Origin: Pristiophorus japonicus | Taxonomy: Eukaryota | Length of the DNA: 64,000 nucleotides | Reading direction: 5' to 3' | Assembly (NCBI RefSeq): GCF_044704955.1 | Contig: NC_091979.1 | Location: 281,480,001-281,544,000, forward strand | Shown: positions 1 to 12,793 of the stretch, piece after piece | How positions within the stretch are numbered: the first letter of the stretch is position 1 | Layout of the letters: each line of letters begins with the position of its first letter | The notes under the pieces: generated by a model | Databases searched by the model: none | Told to the model about the DNA's origin: nothing | The model's input: only the letters and a program-made list of their open reading frames with translations | Position numbers and translations under genes: made by a program

Positions 1-1154
1 TAGCTGGCTCAGTGAAAGGACTAAGTAATAGACCAGACTGGAGTATCTTTCTCCTCATCCCTTCAATTCCCCAGTTGACTATTGGCTCACGTCCCATCTC
101 ATGCTGTGTATCCTTGATATCAAAGTTACTGGCACAGATACAATATCTTGCTGCCAGTGCTCGTTAGTGTCAGCAGCAGGTCATGTGATCTTACGTAGTC
201 ATTTTACCTCAGCAAAATACAGCCTCGTCCACATCATTTTTTTTCTTGGTCTTTCACTATATTTTTTATCTGTGTTCTATTTCCTTCTGTTTATGCGTGG
301 AAATATTGAAGCATTTTTCATCCCTTCACTGTTCCTTTTTTCCCCATTAAACCAAAGGGTAGCATATCAGGGAGTACATTCAGTATGCACGAGGGTACTT
401 TTTGCATCCATTGAAATGGCTCAAATGTTTTTCGTCTTTTCTTTTCATTTCTTTTTCTATCCTGCCATATTGGATCACCCTGCACAATCGGAAGCCACTC
501 CATTGCCACAAGTTTCATGCATGTCAGGAGCACCTCTATGGAGAAATTCATAAATCTGCATCGGGGAGCTGCCTGGAAGTCTAGAGGCACCTGAGCTAGA
601 AGAAGCCAATACTGCTTTTGTATTGCTGTATACTCTACAGGCACTGAATTTTCTCACCCCAGATGTCTCTAGATTGTTCATGCTGTTCTAAACATAGTTT
701 GCCCGGCTTCAAGGTTCACTCATCTGTGAAAGCACCTTGTGATTTTTTTTTTACAGCGCTATGTGAATGGAGTTGTTGCTTTGCTATGGAGCTGATTCTT
801 GGTGTTACTGTAACCTATATCAACAAAGCAGCTTCCTGGTATGAGGGTGAACCCAAAATGTTCTCCCCTTACATCAGGTGCACACAACAGGAGTGCAGGA
901 GGAGAGAGGGGGGAGGCATTCGTATTAAAAATGGGAATGTTCCCGACAACGGAAGTGATCGCTAACCATTTTTTGTTTATTTATATTAGTGTTGCAAGGA
1001 TTCCCTTGCAATGTAGTTGTTCTTTAATGGCAGAAGTTCTTATCCATGCTTAACATTATAGGTAAAATTACTCCACAAGGAATATGGAGGAATTGCATTT
1101 ATACTTGGGAGCATGCCTAATAATATCTACAATATTTATTTAATCGTCGTTGTT

Positions 1155-1250
1155 TTCTTGGGCAGTACCCCGGATTCAAGGATGACTTGCTTCCACACCA
1201 AAATTAGTTCGAAGGTGACTGCTGAGACCATTGCAGGCTCTCCAGTCTTT
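1155..1250 (-). mobile_element. Old RTE LINE 3' end, left half (split by Harbinger copy 1)
   Basis: ggcagtaccccggattcaaggatgacttgcttccacacc matches the RTE 3' termini at 40295 and 51113; colinear sequence resumes at 8073. Confidence 0.8.
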
Positions 1251-1399
1251 GTGCTCAATTTTCCCCAATGCCGTTTTTTGGCATATTGCAAGAGTTACGC
1301 CCATTTTTTTGGGCCCCGACTATTCCAAAAAAAAACTTGCAAGTTTCCCCATTCTATTTTTTGAAACTGGCGCCGTGCAGCTTCGGGAGGTGGAGCCTA

Positions 1400-1464
1400 A
1401 TCATAGAATCATAGAAGTTTACAGTACGGAAGGAGGCCATTTCGGCCAATCGTGTCCATGCTGG
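1400..1464 (-). mobile_element. Very short CR1 3'-tail insertion
   Basis: atcatagaatcatagaagtttacagtacggaaggaggccatttcggcc matches the CR1 tail at 34993. Confidence 0.8.
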
Positions 1465-1549
1465 TAATGTCTGCACCGAAAAAACTATGCCCCCATCCCC
1501 TTCTGCGCATGCTTGGAAAAAAAAGGACGTTTTTGACGTGACTGCTATG

Positions 1550-3575
1550 TCAAAAAAAAAAACAGGACCTAAAGGACAGGTGGTGGATGGAGAAAGCACA
1601 GGAGATACAGCAGCTGGCCGACAGCCATGATGTGCGAGGATTCTTCAGCGCAGTCAAGGCCACCTATGGTCCAAACACCCAAGGCCCCACCCCACTGCTG
1701 GCCAAGATTGGGGAAACACTCATCAAGGACACCGAGGCAGTCAGGGCCCGCTAGAAGAAGCACTTTGAAAATCTCCTCAATCGAGACTGTGCCTTTGACT
1801 CGAGTGTTCTCTACTCCATCCCGCAGCATGCGACCTGCCCCCAACTCAGTGAAACCTCAACGTTGCACGAGATAGGAAAAGCCATAAAACAGCTCAAGAA
1901 CAACAAGGCTACGGGAGTGGATGGAATCCCTGCTGAGGTGCTAAAGTATGGCGGAGAGGCGCTGTTGGCGCGAATACATGACCTCATCTCTCTCATCTGG
2001 AGGGAGGAGAGCATGCCGGGAGATCTCAGAGATGCAGTGATCATGACCATCTTTAAAAAAGGGGACAAGTCCGACTGCGGCAACTACAGAGGAAACTCTC
2101 TGCTATCAGCCACTGGGAAAATCGTCGCTAGAGTACTCCCCAACCGTCTTCTCCCTGTGGCGAGGAGCTCCTTCCAGAGTCACAGTGCGGATTTCGTCCC
2201 CTACGGGGCACAACGGACATGATTTTTGCAGTGCGACAGCTGCAGGAAAAATGCAGAGAACAGCGGCAGCCCTTATACATGGCTGCCTTTGACCTTACAA
2301 ATGCCTTTGACACGGTCAACTGCGAGGGTCTATTGGGCGTCATCCTCTGTTTTAGATGCTCTCAAAAGTTCGTCAACATCTTCCGCCTACTCCACGACGA
2401 CATGCAAGCCATGATCCTTACCAACAGATCCATTACAGATCCAATCCAAGTCCAGGCCGGGGTCAAACAGGACTGGGTCATCACCTCAACCCTCTTCTCA
2501 ATTTTCCTCGCTGCCATGCTCCACCTTACAGTCAACAAGCTCCCCACTGGAGTGGAACTAACCTACAGAACCATTGGGAACCTGTTCAACCTTCGCCGTC
2601 TCCAGGCCAGGTCCAAGACCACCCAAACCTCTGTCGTCGAGCTACAGTACGTGGACGACGCCTGCATCTCCGCACATTCAGAGGCTAAACTCCAGGACAT
2701 AGTCGACGTATTTACTGAGGTGTACGAAAGCATGGGCCTTACGCTAAATATCCATAAGACAAAGGTCCTCCACCAGCCTGTCCTCGCCGCACAGCACTGC
2801 CCCCCAGTCATCAAGATCCACGGTGCGGCCCTGGACAACGTGGACCATTTCCCATACCTCTGGAGCCTCATCAACAACATCGGCCGCCTGAGAAAAAGAG
2901 TGTTCAAAGACCAAGCCCTCAAATCTGCCACCAAGCTCATGGTCTATAGGGCTGTAGCAATACCTGCCCTCCTGTCTGGCTCGGAGACATGGACCATGTA
3001 CAGTAGACACCTCAAGTCGCTGGAGAAATACCACCAACGATGCCTCCGCAAGATCCTACAAATCCCCTGGGAGGACAAACACACCAACATTAGCATCTTC
3101 AACCAGGCCAACATCCTCAGCATTGAAGCACTGACCATACTTGATCAGCTCCGCTGGGCAGGCCACACTGTTCGCATGCCTGACACAAGATTCCCAAAGC
3201 AAGCACTCTACTCGGAACTCCTTCATGGCAAACGAGCTAAAGGTGGGCTGCGGAAAAGCCTCCCTGATAAAGTGCAACATCCCCATTCACACCTGGGAGT
3301 CCCTGGCCAGAGACTGCCCTAAGTGGAGGAAGTGCATCCGGGAGGGCACTGAGCACCTGGAGTCTCATTGCCGAGAGCATGCAGAAATCAAGCGCAGGCA
3401 GAGGAAAGAGCGTGCGACAAACCTGTCCCACCCTGCCTTTCCCTCAACGACTATCTGTCCCACCTGTGGCGGGGACTGTGGTTCTCGTATTGGACTGTTC
3501 AGCCACCTAAGGACTCATTTTAAGAGTGGAAGCAAGTCTTCCTCAATTCTGAGGGGTTGCCTATGATGATGATGA
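1550..3575 (+). mobile_element. RTE-clade LINE, 5'-truncated, RT pseudogene
   Basis: ORF pieces 1863-2222 and 2219-3322 (KATGVDGIPAE, FDLTNAFDTVN, QYVDD, LRWAGH), C-terminal CPTC..H..H finger, (TGA)n tail, candidate TSD tatg (1546-1549 and 3576-3579). Confidence 0.93.
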
Positions 3576-4688
3576 TATGAGTGCACATGCCCAGTACAGT
3601 TCCCGGTCTGCATTCGGCCATCTTTAAAGAGTCAGTTGTGTGTGAGAACTTTAAATCTTATTGGAAAAATCAGAGCTGCAATACAATATGCAACTCGGCT
3701 CAAAGACCAAGAATTTCTTACAGGATGAAGTGGAGGCACTAGTTACTGTAATTTAGGGCAGATGGCACGAGCTGGACACCAGCAGAGATCACATAAAAGT
3801 TCCACCCGAAGAAATGCTGGAACCAACTTGCAGAAGATTACTGTACACTGGTGACCATCCCGAGGTCTGGAGGCCAGTGCAAAAAGTGGCAGGACCTTGC
3901 TTAAGAAGTTAGTGTAAGTAATATTTTCACTTATTTACTGGAATTGCAATTGTAAATGTGACCATCTGTATATGTCCCACCTAGCAGAAAGGCACCCTCT
4001 CTAAAAAGTTATATTTTCATCTTTGCCGAGGAAGGTGGCACACAACAAAAGGGAAAGAACTCAAACAGGAGGAGGCCCAGCAAATCTTCACCCATTGACA
4101 TGCTTGGAAGAGAGGGTTGCTGCTTTGATGGGTCCTGCCTGGAGAACAGCAACCACCACTGCACAAGCTGGGCCCACACTCGAGGGAGAGGGTAAGTCCA
4201 ACAAATTCCACAGTCTGGCTTTGCTAAATGTTAAGTACTGCGTGGGCAAGCCATGCTTCTGTTTATGGGAATGTCTCCGTCAGCTACACTTCAGTTGATG
4301 CGACGTGTTATCATTCATCATGGTCCTTCAAATGAGCCTGCTGCCTGTGCTGTGTGGGCCGACTCCTACCACCCTGCCCCCTCCTCTGCTGCTTGTTCTG
4401 TTTGGTCTGTTCTGTTATATTTTGCAGAACTTGAGGTCAACCCTGACAAGGTTGAAGCCGATACAGAAGAAGATTCAGACGAGGATGAGTCTGAAGAGGA
4501 GAACATCTTCCAATCCCACCTTCCAGACCAAGAGCATGGGGGGGGGGGGGAGGGGAAGGGGGAGGGGATGGATGAAGCCCTCACTGTTGTACTTACTCTG
4601 GAGGAGGTGCAGGTGCCGCCCATTTAGGTGCCAGCCCCTTTCCTGAGTGGTTCAAGTACTGGACATTCCATGGTTTCTCACAGTCCAA

Positions 4689-4838
4689 GGCTGGGGGTTC
4701 CAGTGGGGTGCAGTGAGGCACACCCAGGATCCCACCATCCAAGGCTACGAATCTTAGTGCGATGTAGTGAGACACACCCAGGGCCCCACCCTCCGAGGCT
4801 GTGGGTCCCAGTGGGATGCAGCGAGCCACATCCAGGGT
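4689..4838 (+). repeat. 54-bp tandem triplication inside Myb-gene exon 3
   Basis: ggct...cacacccagg units start at 4689, 4743 and 4797; Harbinger copy 2 has a single unit. Confidence 0.75.
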
Positions 4839-5019
4839 GAGGAGGGGAAGGAGCACTCGACAGCGCTCTCCTGAGGTACAGAATCTAATAGCTGTGGTTC
4901 AGATGATGGCAATGAGTGCGGAGAACATTGACCTTTCATGATCACTCCTGGACACCATCAGTGGGGTGGGTGATGAGGTATCAGGACTGTCTGGAGAAGT
5001 TACAACACTCTCATGAGAA

Positions 5020-5375
5020 ATGGGAACACTGTCCGGGCACGTGAGGGAGGGAATGTCGCACGTAGCTGATACAATGTTGGTGCACATGAGGGAGGGAATG
5101 TCGCAGGCAACTGATGCACTGTCAGTGAACATGAGGGAGGGAATGTCGCAGGCAACTGATGCACTGTCAGTGAACATGAGGGAGGGAATGTCGCAGGTAG
5201 TTGACACACTGTCGGCGAACATGAGGGAGGGAATGTTACAAGTAGCTGATGCACTGTCAGTGAACATTAGGGAGGGAATGTTGCAGGTAGTTGACACACT
5301 GTCGGTGAACATGAGGGAGGGAATGTTGGAGGTAGTTAAGACACTGTCAGGGCACATGAGGAGGGAATGTTGGAG
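5020..5375 (+). repeat. 45-bp coding tandem repeat (8 units; 15-aa MREGMSQVVDTLSVN)
   Basis: The gagggagggaatg core recurs every 45 nt from 5043 to 5358; ORF 5020-5379. Confidence 0.92.
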
Positions 5376-5970
5376 TTAGCTGCTGCAATAAGGGAACACG
5401 CCCAAGAGGCCCAAGCCAGGCCTTCCACATTACCGCCTGCCCCCCTTCCATCAAGAAGTGTGCATTATCCAAGATGTTTGAAAGGATAAGCTTGGTACTA
5501 ACCCGAGAAACATTGCGCCACCATCTGGGGGCAGAGGTGTAGTCAACAAGACCAAGTGCTGTGGGCGGTCTTAGAATAAGGTGGGGGAGAGATGGTGCAG
5601 CCGGTTGCTGCTGTTGTTGTTATTATTGTTGCTACTGTTGTGACTGTTCTCAACTTAAAAGTTTTTTGAAAGTTATGTAAATTTACATGTTTAAAAGTTT
5701 GTAAGTGATCTTAACTGAAAACTTAAAAATATTCTTGTATCATACTTTAATTAAAGTTATGTTAAGTACAAACAAGTGTTTGTTAAACTTTTGAATAAAT
5801 TATATTTTAAATTATAACTGAATCAGTTACATTATTTGTTCCATTATTAACACAACTTTTTGAAATAAAGAAGAATTATTTACATTATTTGTTCCATGAA
5901 CACAACAGATCATTACGGAACAGGTCCAAACAGTAAATATGGTCCATGTGGAATAGTTATCGCTGAGCCT

Positions 5971-7186
5971 TCAGGCAGCTAAGTGTTCATGGATGAGCTG
6001 CTGGCGCAAGGCTCCAGCAAATTGTTAAAGGGGCATGACGGCTCGCCCCCCCTCCTCCTCCTCCTCTGTCATGCTCCGGGTTCAGGTAGCTGCATGGCTT
6101 CCTCGTTCTCATCATCCTCATTATCATCTGCATCTTCCTCCTCATTATCAGCCACTCTCACCTCAGGTGGGTCTTCCAGTACCAGCTGCTGCTGCCTCAT
6201 CATGGCTAAGTTATACAACATGCAGCACACAACAGTGAACTGACCGACAATCTCAAGGGAGTATTGTAAGTAGCCTCCGGAATGGTCAAGGCATCAGAAA
6301 CGCTGTTTCAAGATGGCAATGGTCCTCTCTATTATGCTGTGAATCGCAATATGCGACATTGTTTTATTCCCGGTCAGTTTCCTTCCGGGTTACGCGTAGG
6401 GGCGTCATGAGCCAGATGGCGAGGTCGTACCCTTTGCCTCCAAGCAGCCAGCTCTGCCCTTGTGGCTGCTGCTGAAACGTGGCAGATATAGCACACTCAC
6501 GTAGGATGAATGCATCATGGGTGCTCCCAGGGAATCTCGCATCAACGGACATGATGCGATGCATGTTGTCACACACGAGATTAACGGAGTGGAAGCTGTT
6601 TCTGTTCCTGAACATCTCGGAATCCTTCAAAGGTGCTCGCAAGGCAATGTGTGTACAATCAATGTACCTTTGGTAGGCCAGAAATCCTTGAGAAGCCCAC
6701 AGCTCTTTTACGCATTGCCTGGGCGGTCATGGGGATGGGGAACTTTATGTAGTCATTCCTCCAGGCATTTTGTGCAGCAGTCATCTGCCGAAAGCAGATG
6801 TGTTGCATGTTGAGATATGGTGCACACACCCCCAGTCATAGCTTGGAACGATCCAGATGCATAGAATGAAAGTGCAGCTGTAACCTTCACTTCAACTGAC
6901 AAAGCAGTCATCCTGATTCTTCTAGGTTACAGGTCTGCTTTTATTAACTCACAGATCTCGGTTACAACTTCTTTGCGGAAACGTAGCCTTCTCACACAGT
7001 CTACATCACTCAGGTGCAGGCATGAACGCCTGTCTCGATATACCCGACGTGGGTAAGGCCTCCTGCCCATCATCCTACATGCTCTGAAGTTCCTCATGCG
7101 ACGATGTCAAATCAATCGTCTCATCCGCAGCACCATCATGCAGAAGGCTTGCACGAGGTACGGCATTGTCAAAATATTGCCCCCAT
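5971..7186 (-). pseudogene. Harbinger DDE transposase (HARBI1-like family), disrupted
   Basis: MGAILTMPYL...VKVTAALSFYASGSFQ...IDCTH...DARFPGSTHDA...GKGY..WLMTP...IERTI..LKQRF...CCMLHNL; several stops and frameshifts. Confidence 0.9.
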
Positions 7187-8072
7187 GATTAAATTGTACC
7201 TTTGCAAGAAGCTCAAAATGGCAGGCAGAACAAGTTTCTGTGTTCTCTCTCTTCCCAAGGTCGACGCCCTAGTATGGACCACACCCAGGTCTGTGTATGC
7301 AGAATAGGCTTGCTTCGAACGAGAAGCTAGGCATTCAAATGAGGACATTTGAGGCAACAAAGTCTCATGCAGTTCTTTCATTTTAGATTTTTTTCAAAGT
7401 ACCAACGCACCACCGCCCGAACGTCTCCTCACCGAGCTCGAGGGTCAGCCAGCAGAGTCTCTCCCTCGCCCGGACAGGGGTTTGCAAACAACCACCCACC
7501 CCCATTCCCTGGGTTTCTTTTCATGCTGCTGCATAGTGAAAGGCTTCTCATGCCTTCAGTTTGGCCCTGAGCTCCTGTCTCCGGGCGAGGGATCGATTCT
7601 GCCAGCCGACGCTCCGACACTCGAGCCCGGTTTGGAGACGTTCGGTAGTGGCGTGGCATTTTGAAAACAATCCAAAATTAAAGAATTGCATGAGACTTCC
7701 ATTTTCTGCATTTTAAGTTTGGAAAAATTAAGCTTCATGATGCATATTTAGTGTGTTCTTGACTCACTCCAAAACTTTGCATAAAAACAGTGGTGTCTTT
7801 CTGCACTGATTTTTTAATGTGCGCTGGTTTTTCTTAAGTGCCCAGAAAGGTTTTTGGGAGTGGCCACATACGCCATCCTAGGAAAAATGTAAGTTGGCCA
7901 AATTTGTATAAATGTGATAAACTGCCGCAGACATCAGGTTACGCCCCCATGACACAAAAAACCTAAAAAAATCATAACTGAGTTACGCTGGCGCACAATC
8001 TTTGAGGAAATTTGGATATTTTAATTTAGGCCAAAAAAGCAGCGTAGATAACTGGGGAAAATTGAGCCTATA

Positions 8073-8257
8073 GTCACAGGTGGGGCAGATGTTGGTTGGT
8101 GGGACGGGTGGGTGGGCTGTTTGATTTGTTGTACACTCTTTCTGCTGTTTGTACTTGGCTTTTGCATGCTCCCGGCAAAGAGACTCAAAGTGTTCGCCGC
8201 CTTCTCGGATGCTTCTCCTCCACTTTAAGCAGTGTTGGTCCAGGGCTTCCCAAGAGC
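8073..8257 (-). mobile_element. Old RTE LINE 3' fragment, right half
   Basis: gtcacaggtggggcagat...cttctcctccacttt...cagggcttccca is colinear with 40383-40562. Confidence 0.82.
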
Positions 8258-9633
8258 CATTAAGGAGGTTAGTACAAACAAAATGGCTGGATAAGGTTTA
8301 TAGGATAAGAAGCTTGGGTAACAACCACCTTCAGTCAGACTTGTGTACCATCTCCAGCAACCAAGGGAAAAGAAAATGGGTAGCAACCTTGCCATTGATA
8401 TCTAAATGTCAAAAATCATCAGCCACTCCTTTGGAGTATCTAATGATTTTTGACACACATACACAGGAAATAGTGAACCTACCTAATGTTTTTATCTATA
8501 TTAATATTTTAGTACTGAATCCTTGTCAGAAAATTTCAGTTCTTCTGACATGTTATTGTCCTTGGTGCGTATGGACATGTATTGAAAGATAATGAGAGAT
8601 CAAAAATGTTCTTTTAATTCATTTCTCTAATTTTGTGTTGTTCTAGCCACCAGTACAAAATTGAAGAATATTTTACAGCTTTTCGATTAAATAAAAATGG
8701 TGTAGATTTTGAAAGCTACAAAGATCATTTAGTATTCAAAGGATTATAAACAGGTTTTTATAATTGTCATTTAGATAATTATTAATGAAACAGATTTAGC
8801 TAAGATTAAATAATTCTGAATTCAAGTAAATACTATTACGTGATCTGGTTGACATTTTGTGCCATGGATAAATGTTGTCTGGACTGAAGGATGAAAAACA
8901 AGGAAAAGTTAGGTTTCTGTCTTAAAACATTATTCAATACATTGTGAAAATGCTTCTAATACCTTTCAACTTACTGCCTCAAGTCTGCCTCAATTTTTTT
9001 TTACTGCATTTCTACTATACTGGCTGCTCCAGTAATCTGAGTCTTCCACTATGCATTACTGTTCCTATGTGATAGTATGTTAATTATTGATGAATGACCT
9101 TGATATCTGCTATCATTGTGGACAAGTTATTGGTATGGAACAAGATGTTGACAGTTATTTTGTACAGGATTTCTGGGCTTAATATTAGTGGTTACCGGTC
9201 ATAAATATGGCGTAGATAGTACCTCTTGGGATTAGTGTTAAGAGTTGTATAAGCATGTTCGTTTCTGGGGTGTTGATCGATTTCATCATTTGGATCCATT
9301 ACAGTGGGTTTACACTGAAATGCCTATTCCTGTATTTATTTGATGAACCGTCCTTTACTTGTGCTCTCTATTTTATTTTGAAATATGTTCCTGGGCCAGT
9401 TGTAAACTTTTTAACTACAGTTAACTCCACCTCATTCAAAATCGTTCAGTTCATATTACTTGATGATCAATTCTTTTAAGCATTAAGTACCATTTTGCTG
9501 TGTTACTTGTGTTGTTTAATTCAAATGATTGGAAATTTCATTTTGGTAATAATTAAAATGACTTAGTGAGAATAAACTGTAGGTGTAGATCTGCTTTTCT
9601 TATTTAGAGGTTATCACTTGTCAAGTTACTATG

Positions 9634-10305
9634 GGGGAAAAAAATTGCGGTCGGAGGTTTCCTTCGTACGAACGCCTCCGACCCGAAAAAAATCTATGGA
9701 AATACCTGGTGGTCCCGGAGGAACATAGGATTCCGGTCGGAGGCCTAGATTCGCTGCGCAGCGCATGGGAAGATGTCTTTCAGGTACATAGTACGTACAT
9801 ACATGCTGGAGTCACGTGGGCCTGGACCACCAATCACTATGCAGTATTCTCATTGATAAAAATGGGAGCTCCATTACTATCAATGAGAATAATCCCTTAA
9901 AACACCGAAACACAGCATAATAAATAAAACACCTCACATATTTAAAGTGAATTGAAATTAAATGTAATTAAATGTTTTAGAAAAATATATATTTTTGGGG
10001 ATTTAAAAAAAAATGTGTTTTAATAGGGTTAAAATTAAGCTTACCTTAATGGACAGGGTTTTTAATATAAAAATGAATGATTAAATTTCATTTTTTTTAT
10101 TTTAAATGTGTTACGCTGATAAAAGTAAGCTATGCGCCTGCTTTTACCAAGCGTAAAAGTTTGAAGGACATTCGCTGGGCATGAGTTGAGCAAATAGCCC
10201 AAACTCTCCCGTGCAGATTTCCTTTTCCTGGGGATGTGGAGGATCTGTCTAGAAAATCTTGATGGATCGGAAAAGTCGGTTTTCGGTGCATGCGTATCAC
10301 TGAAC
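9634..10305. mobile_element. Probable non-autonomous TIR (Harbinger-like) element, truncated
   Basis: Terminus ggggaaaaaaattgcgg, CpG-rich ends and AT-rich core, like the other non-autonomous elements here. Second TIR not found. Confidence 0.45.
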
Positions 10306-10307
10306 AC

Positions 10308-11095
10308 CGTATTATAAATGGGGTCTAACCAGAGCTCTGTACAACTGTAAAATAACTTCCAGCCCTTTGTATTCCAGCCCTCTTGAGATAAAGACTAAAA
10401 TTCCATTAGTCTTTTAAATTATTTTTTTTACTTGTCCAGTAACTTTTAGTGATTTCTGTTCTTGGACCCCTAAATCTCTGTTCATTCACAGTTCCTGGCT
10501 TCTCACTGTTGAGAAAAGCCTCTGATCTATCTTTCTTCGGTCCAAAGTTGATGACCACATACTTTCCCATATTGAACTTCATCTCCCACAATTTTGTCCA
10601 CTCAACTTAATCTATTAATGTCCCTTTGAAACTTTCTGCTCTCGTCTATTAACACTATTTACTGTGCCACCTTACATGGTGTTGTCAGCAAACTTGGATA
10701 TGTGGCTCCCTGTTCCTTCATCTAAGTCATTGATAAATATAGTGAAAAGCTGAGGCCCAGTACAAATACCTGGGGGACACTACTAGTCATAATGTCAATT
10801 TGAGTACATACCCATTATCCCTACTTTCTGTCTCCTGACTCCTACCTCCTAATCAATTCCCTATCCAAGCCAATAGGTTTCCTCCAATTCCATGCACTCT
10901 CATTTTTTTTTTTAGCATTCTCTTACATGGAACCTTGTTGAATGCCTTCTGGAAGTAACATCCATAGACACACCCTTATCTACTACATTCGGTACCTCCT
11001 CAAAAAAAACAACTAGGCTCGTTAGACATGATCTGTTTATAATCCTTTCTAAATCCATGGTGGCTCTCACTGGCTCATATCTGTCCAAATTAAAA
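10308..11095 (-). mobile_element. Degenerate CR1 LINE RT fragment
   Basis: Minus-strand remnants RSCLTSL..FFEEV, SKFADN, WEMKFNMGK, LYRALVRPHL. Confidence 0.8.
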
Positions 11096-11172
11096 CACTT
11101 CAATGCTTGTGAGGCACTTTGGAAAATCCTACGGTTGTGAAGGTATATCTATTATGCTGCCTCTTAGCATGT

Positions 11173-12793
11173 TGACCGGTAATTTGCGGTCAGCGGTGAT
11201 GCAACGGTGATCGCTGCTAGCCTTGAAGAAAACTGCCCACAGAGATCTTGCGAGAACGTTTGCCTCCTTGACATGATATTGATTGTAGTGCTGACAAAAT
11301 GGGAACCCTCGTGAACTACAGCAGTGATGTCATTTAGCTGTCTAAGTAGCCAATCACTTTGAAGAATTCTCACTGACAGCAAACCAGGAAATAAAAAGCA
11401 CTGATTATCTGCAATTTAAAAAATATTAGAGAGTGAAATAAAGATTGGGACATACACATGGAGTTAAAGTAAAAGCTGAAATATCATAAACAAACTTAAA
11501 AAACACATATATAATATATATTTTAAAATAGCTAGTGCTTTTTATTATAATAAAGAAATTTGACATTCCACAAATATAAAATTAGTATTCCAGGGCCAGA
11601 ACTGTTGTTCAACAGTCAATATGCTGGTAAAACCTTAGTTACACTGATTCCAACAAGGCTTAAAATTTAATGGGTGTTTAACATCGATATTAGGCCACAG
11701 CTGGAATATTGTGTGCAGTTCTGGTTGCCATATTATAGGAAGGATGTGATTGCACTAGAGAGGGTGCAGAGGAGATTTACTAGGATGCTGCCTGGAATGG
11801 CGAATCTTAGTTATGAGGACAGATTGGATAGACTGGGTTTGTTCTCATTGGAACAGAGGAGGTTGAGAGGAGACCTCATTGAGGTGTACAAAATATTGAG
11901 GGGCCTGAACATAATTGATAGTAAGGGCCTATTCCCATTGGTAAAGGGGTCTATTACGAGAGGGCATAGTTTTAAGGTGGTTGGTGGAAGGTTTAGAGGG
12001 GATTTGAGGGAAGGCTTCTTTACGTAGAGGGTTGTGGATCTGGAACTTGCTGCCTGGAAGAGTGGTGGATGCAGAAACCCTCACCACTTTTAAGAGATGG
12101 TTGGGTGTTGGATGGGCACTTAAAGTGCTGTAACCTGCAGGGTTACGGGCCTAGAGCTGGTAATTGGGATTAGACTGGATGACCTTTTGTTGGACGGCGC
12201 AGATATAATGGTAAGTACTGAAGGGAATCGAATACAGCCAGGGCGATCTCCTGACCTAGTTTTGATCGCCTGGATGCGTCGGAGAAGAATTTTCTCAGAT
12301 TTTTTTCTCCCTAAATTGGCCTGGGTTTTTATCTGGTTTTTGCCTCTCCCAGGAGATCACATGGCTCCGTTTGGGGTGTTTCAGTATAAGGGGCGTCGCA
12401 GTTGTGTGAGGCGGACTGGTTGGGCTGGATGCTCTTTGTCTTTCTGTCATTGGTCATAGGTTTATTTGTAATTTTTAGGGCTGCTGACCAAGGGCCGTGC
12501 GGCTCATTGTCGGCCGGTGTGGACACGATGGACCGAAATGGCCTCCTTCTGCGCTGTAAATTTCTATGTTTCTATTAGCGCGGAAAAGCTTCAGTTTTTG
12601 TGAGTTTCACTGTTTGCTGGCTATCGGAGGTCCACAGCGCAGCCTGTGGTGGAGCAGGGAATGACTGACTGCAACTTCAGGATTTCCGCATTTGGTTGCT
12701 CATGCGCTAAATCCTGGAGTGAGTTAGTCTCAGAGGGGTAATGACGGTGAATGCTGCCAGTTCGCCATCATTACCACCACAAAATCTGGGCCC
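11173..12793 (+). mobile_element. Non-autonomous TIR element family A, copy 1 (CR1 nested)
   Basis: Shares cagcaaaccaggaa.taaaaagca and agctgaaatatcataaacaaac with 13932-14520. Right end aaaatctgggccc|ata. Confidence 0.72.
11683..12575 (+). mobile_element. CR1 LINE 3' fragment with long 3' UTR
   Basis: RPQLEYCVQFW...LERVQRRFTRM...RLRGDLIEVYK; tail tttctatgtttctat. Confidence 0.93.

Larger units (their letters stand above)
3688..5574 (+). pseudogene. Harbinger accessory Myb/SANT-like DNA-binding protein gene, three exons (about 3688-3913, 4029-4191, 4428-5574), disrupted
   Basis: MQLGSKTKNFLQDEVEALV...QCKKWQDL; RKVAHNKRERTQTGGG; acidic tract. GTAAGT donors at 3914 and 4192. Acceptor at 4427 intact; acceptor at 4028 reads CG where copy 2 has AG. 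Contains stops and frameshifts. Confidence 0.82.
1251..8069. mobile_element. PIF/Harbinger DNA transposon copy 1 (full length, defective, with nested CR1 tail and RTE)
   Basis: TIRs gtgctcaattttccccaat (1251) and actggggaaaattgagcct (to 8069), 16/19 complementary. Convergent Myb-like and transposase genes. Interrupts an RTE fragment. TSD is degenerate (ttt/ata). Confidence 0.9.

Noticed and set aside
745-890. Strong acceptor (t)n-acag followed by an open frame, as a possible host exon
   Set aside because: No recognisable protein similarity and no convincing donor; cannot be supported without RNA data.
1863-3322. Reverse transcriptase ORFs next to a transposase and repeats, read as a composite new system
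   Set aside because: An ordinary 5'-truncated RTE LINE with tail and TSD nested in Harbinger copy 1; absent from Harbinger copy 2.
5020-5375. Regularly spaced repeat resembling a CRISPR array
   Set aside because: Head-to-tail 45-bp units with no unique spacers, in frame within a transposon gene; no cas genes; eukaryotic context.
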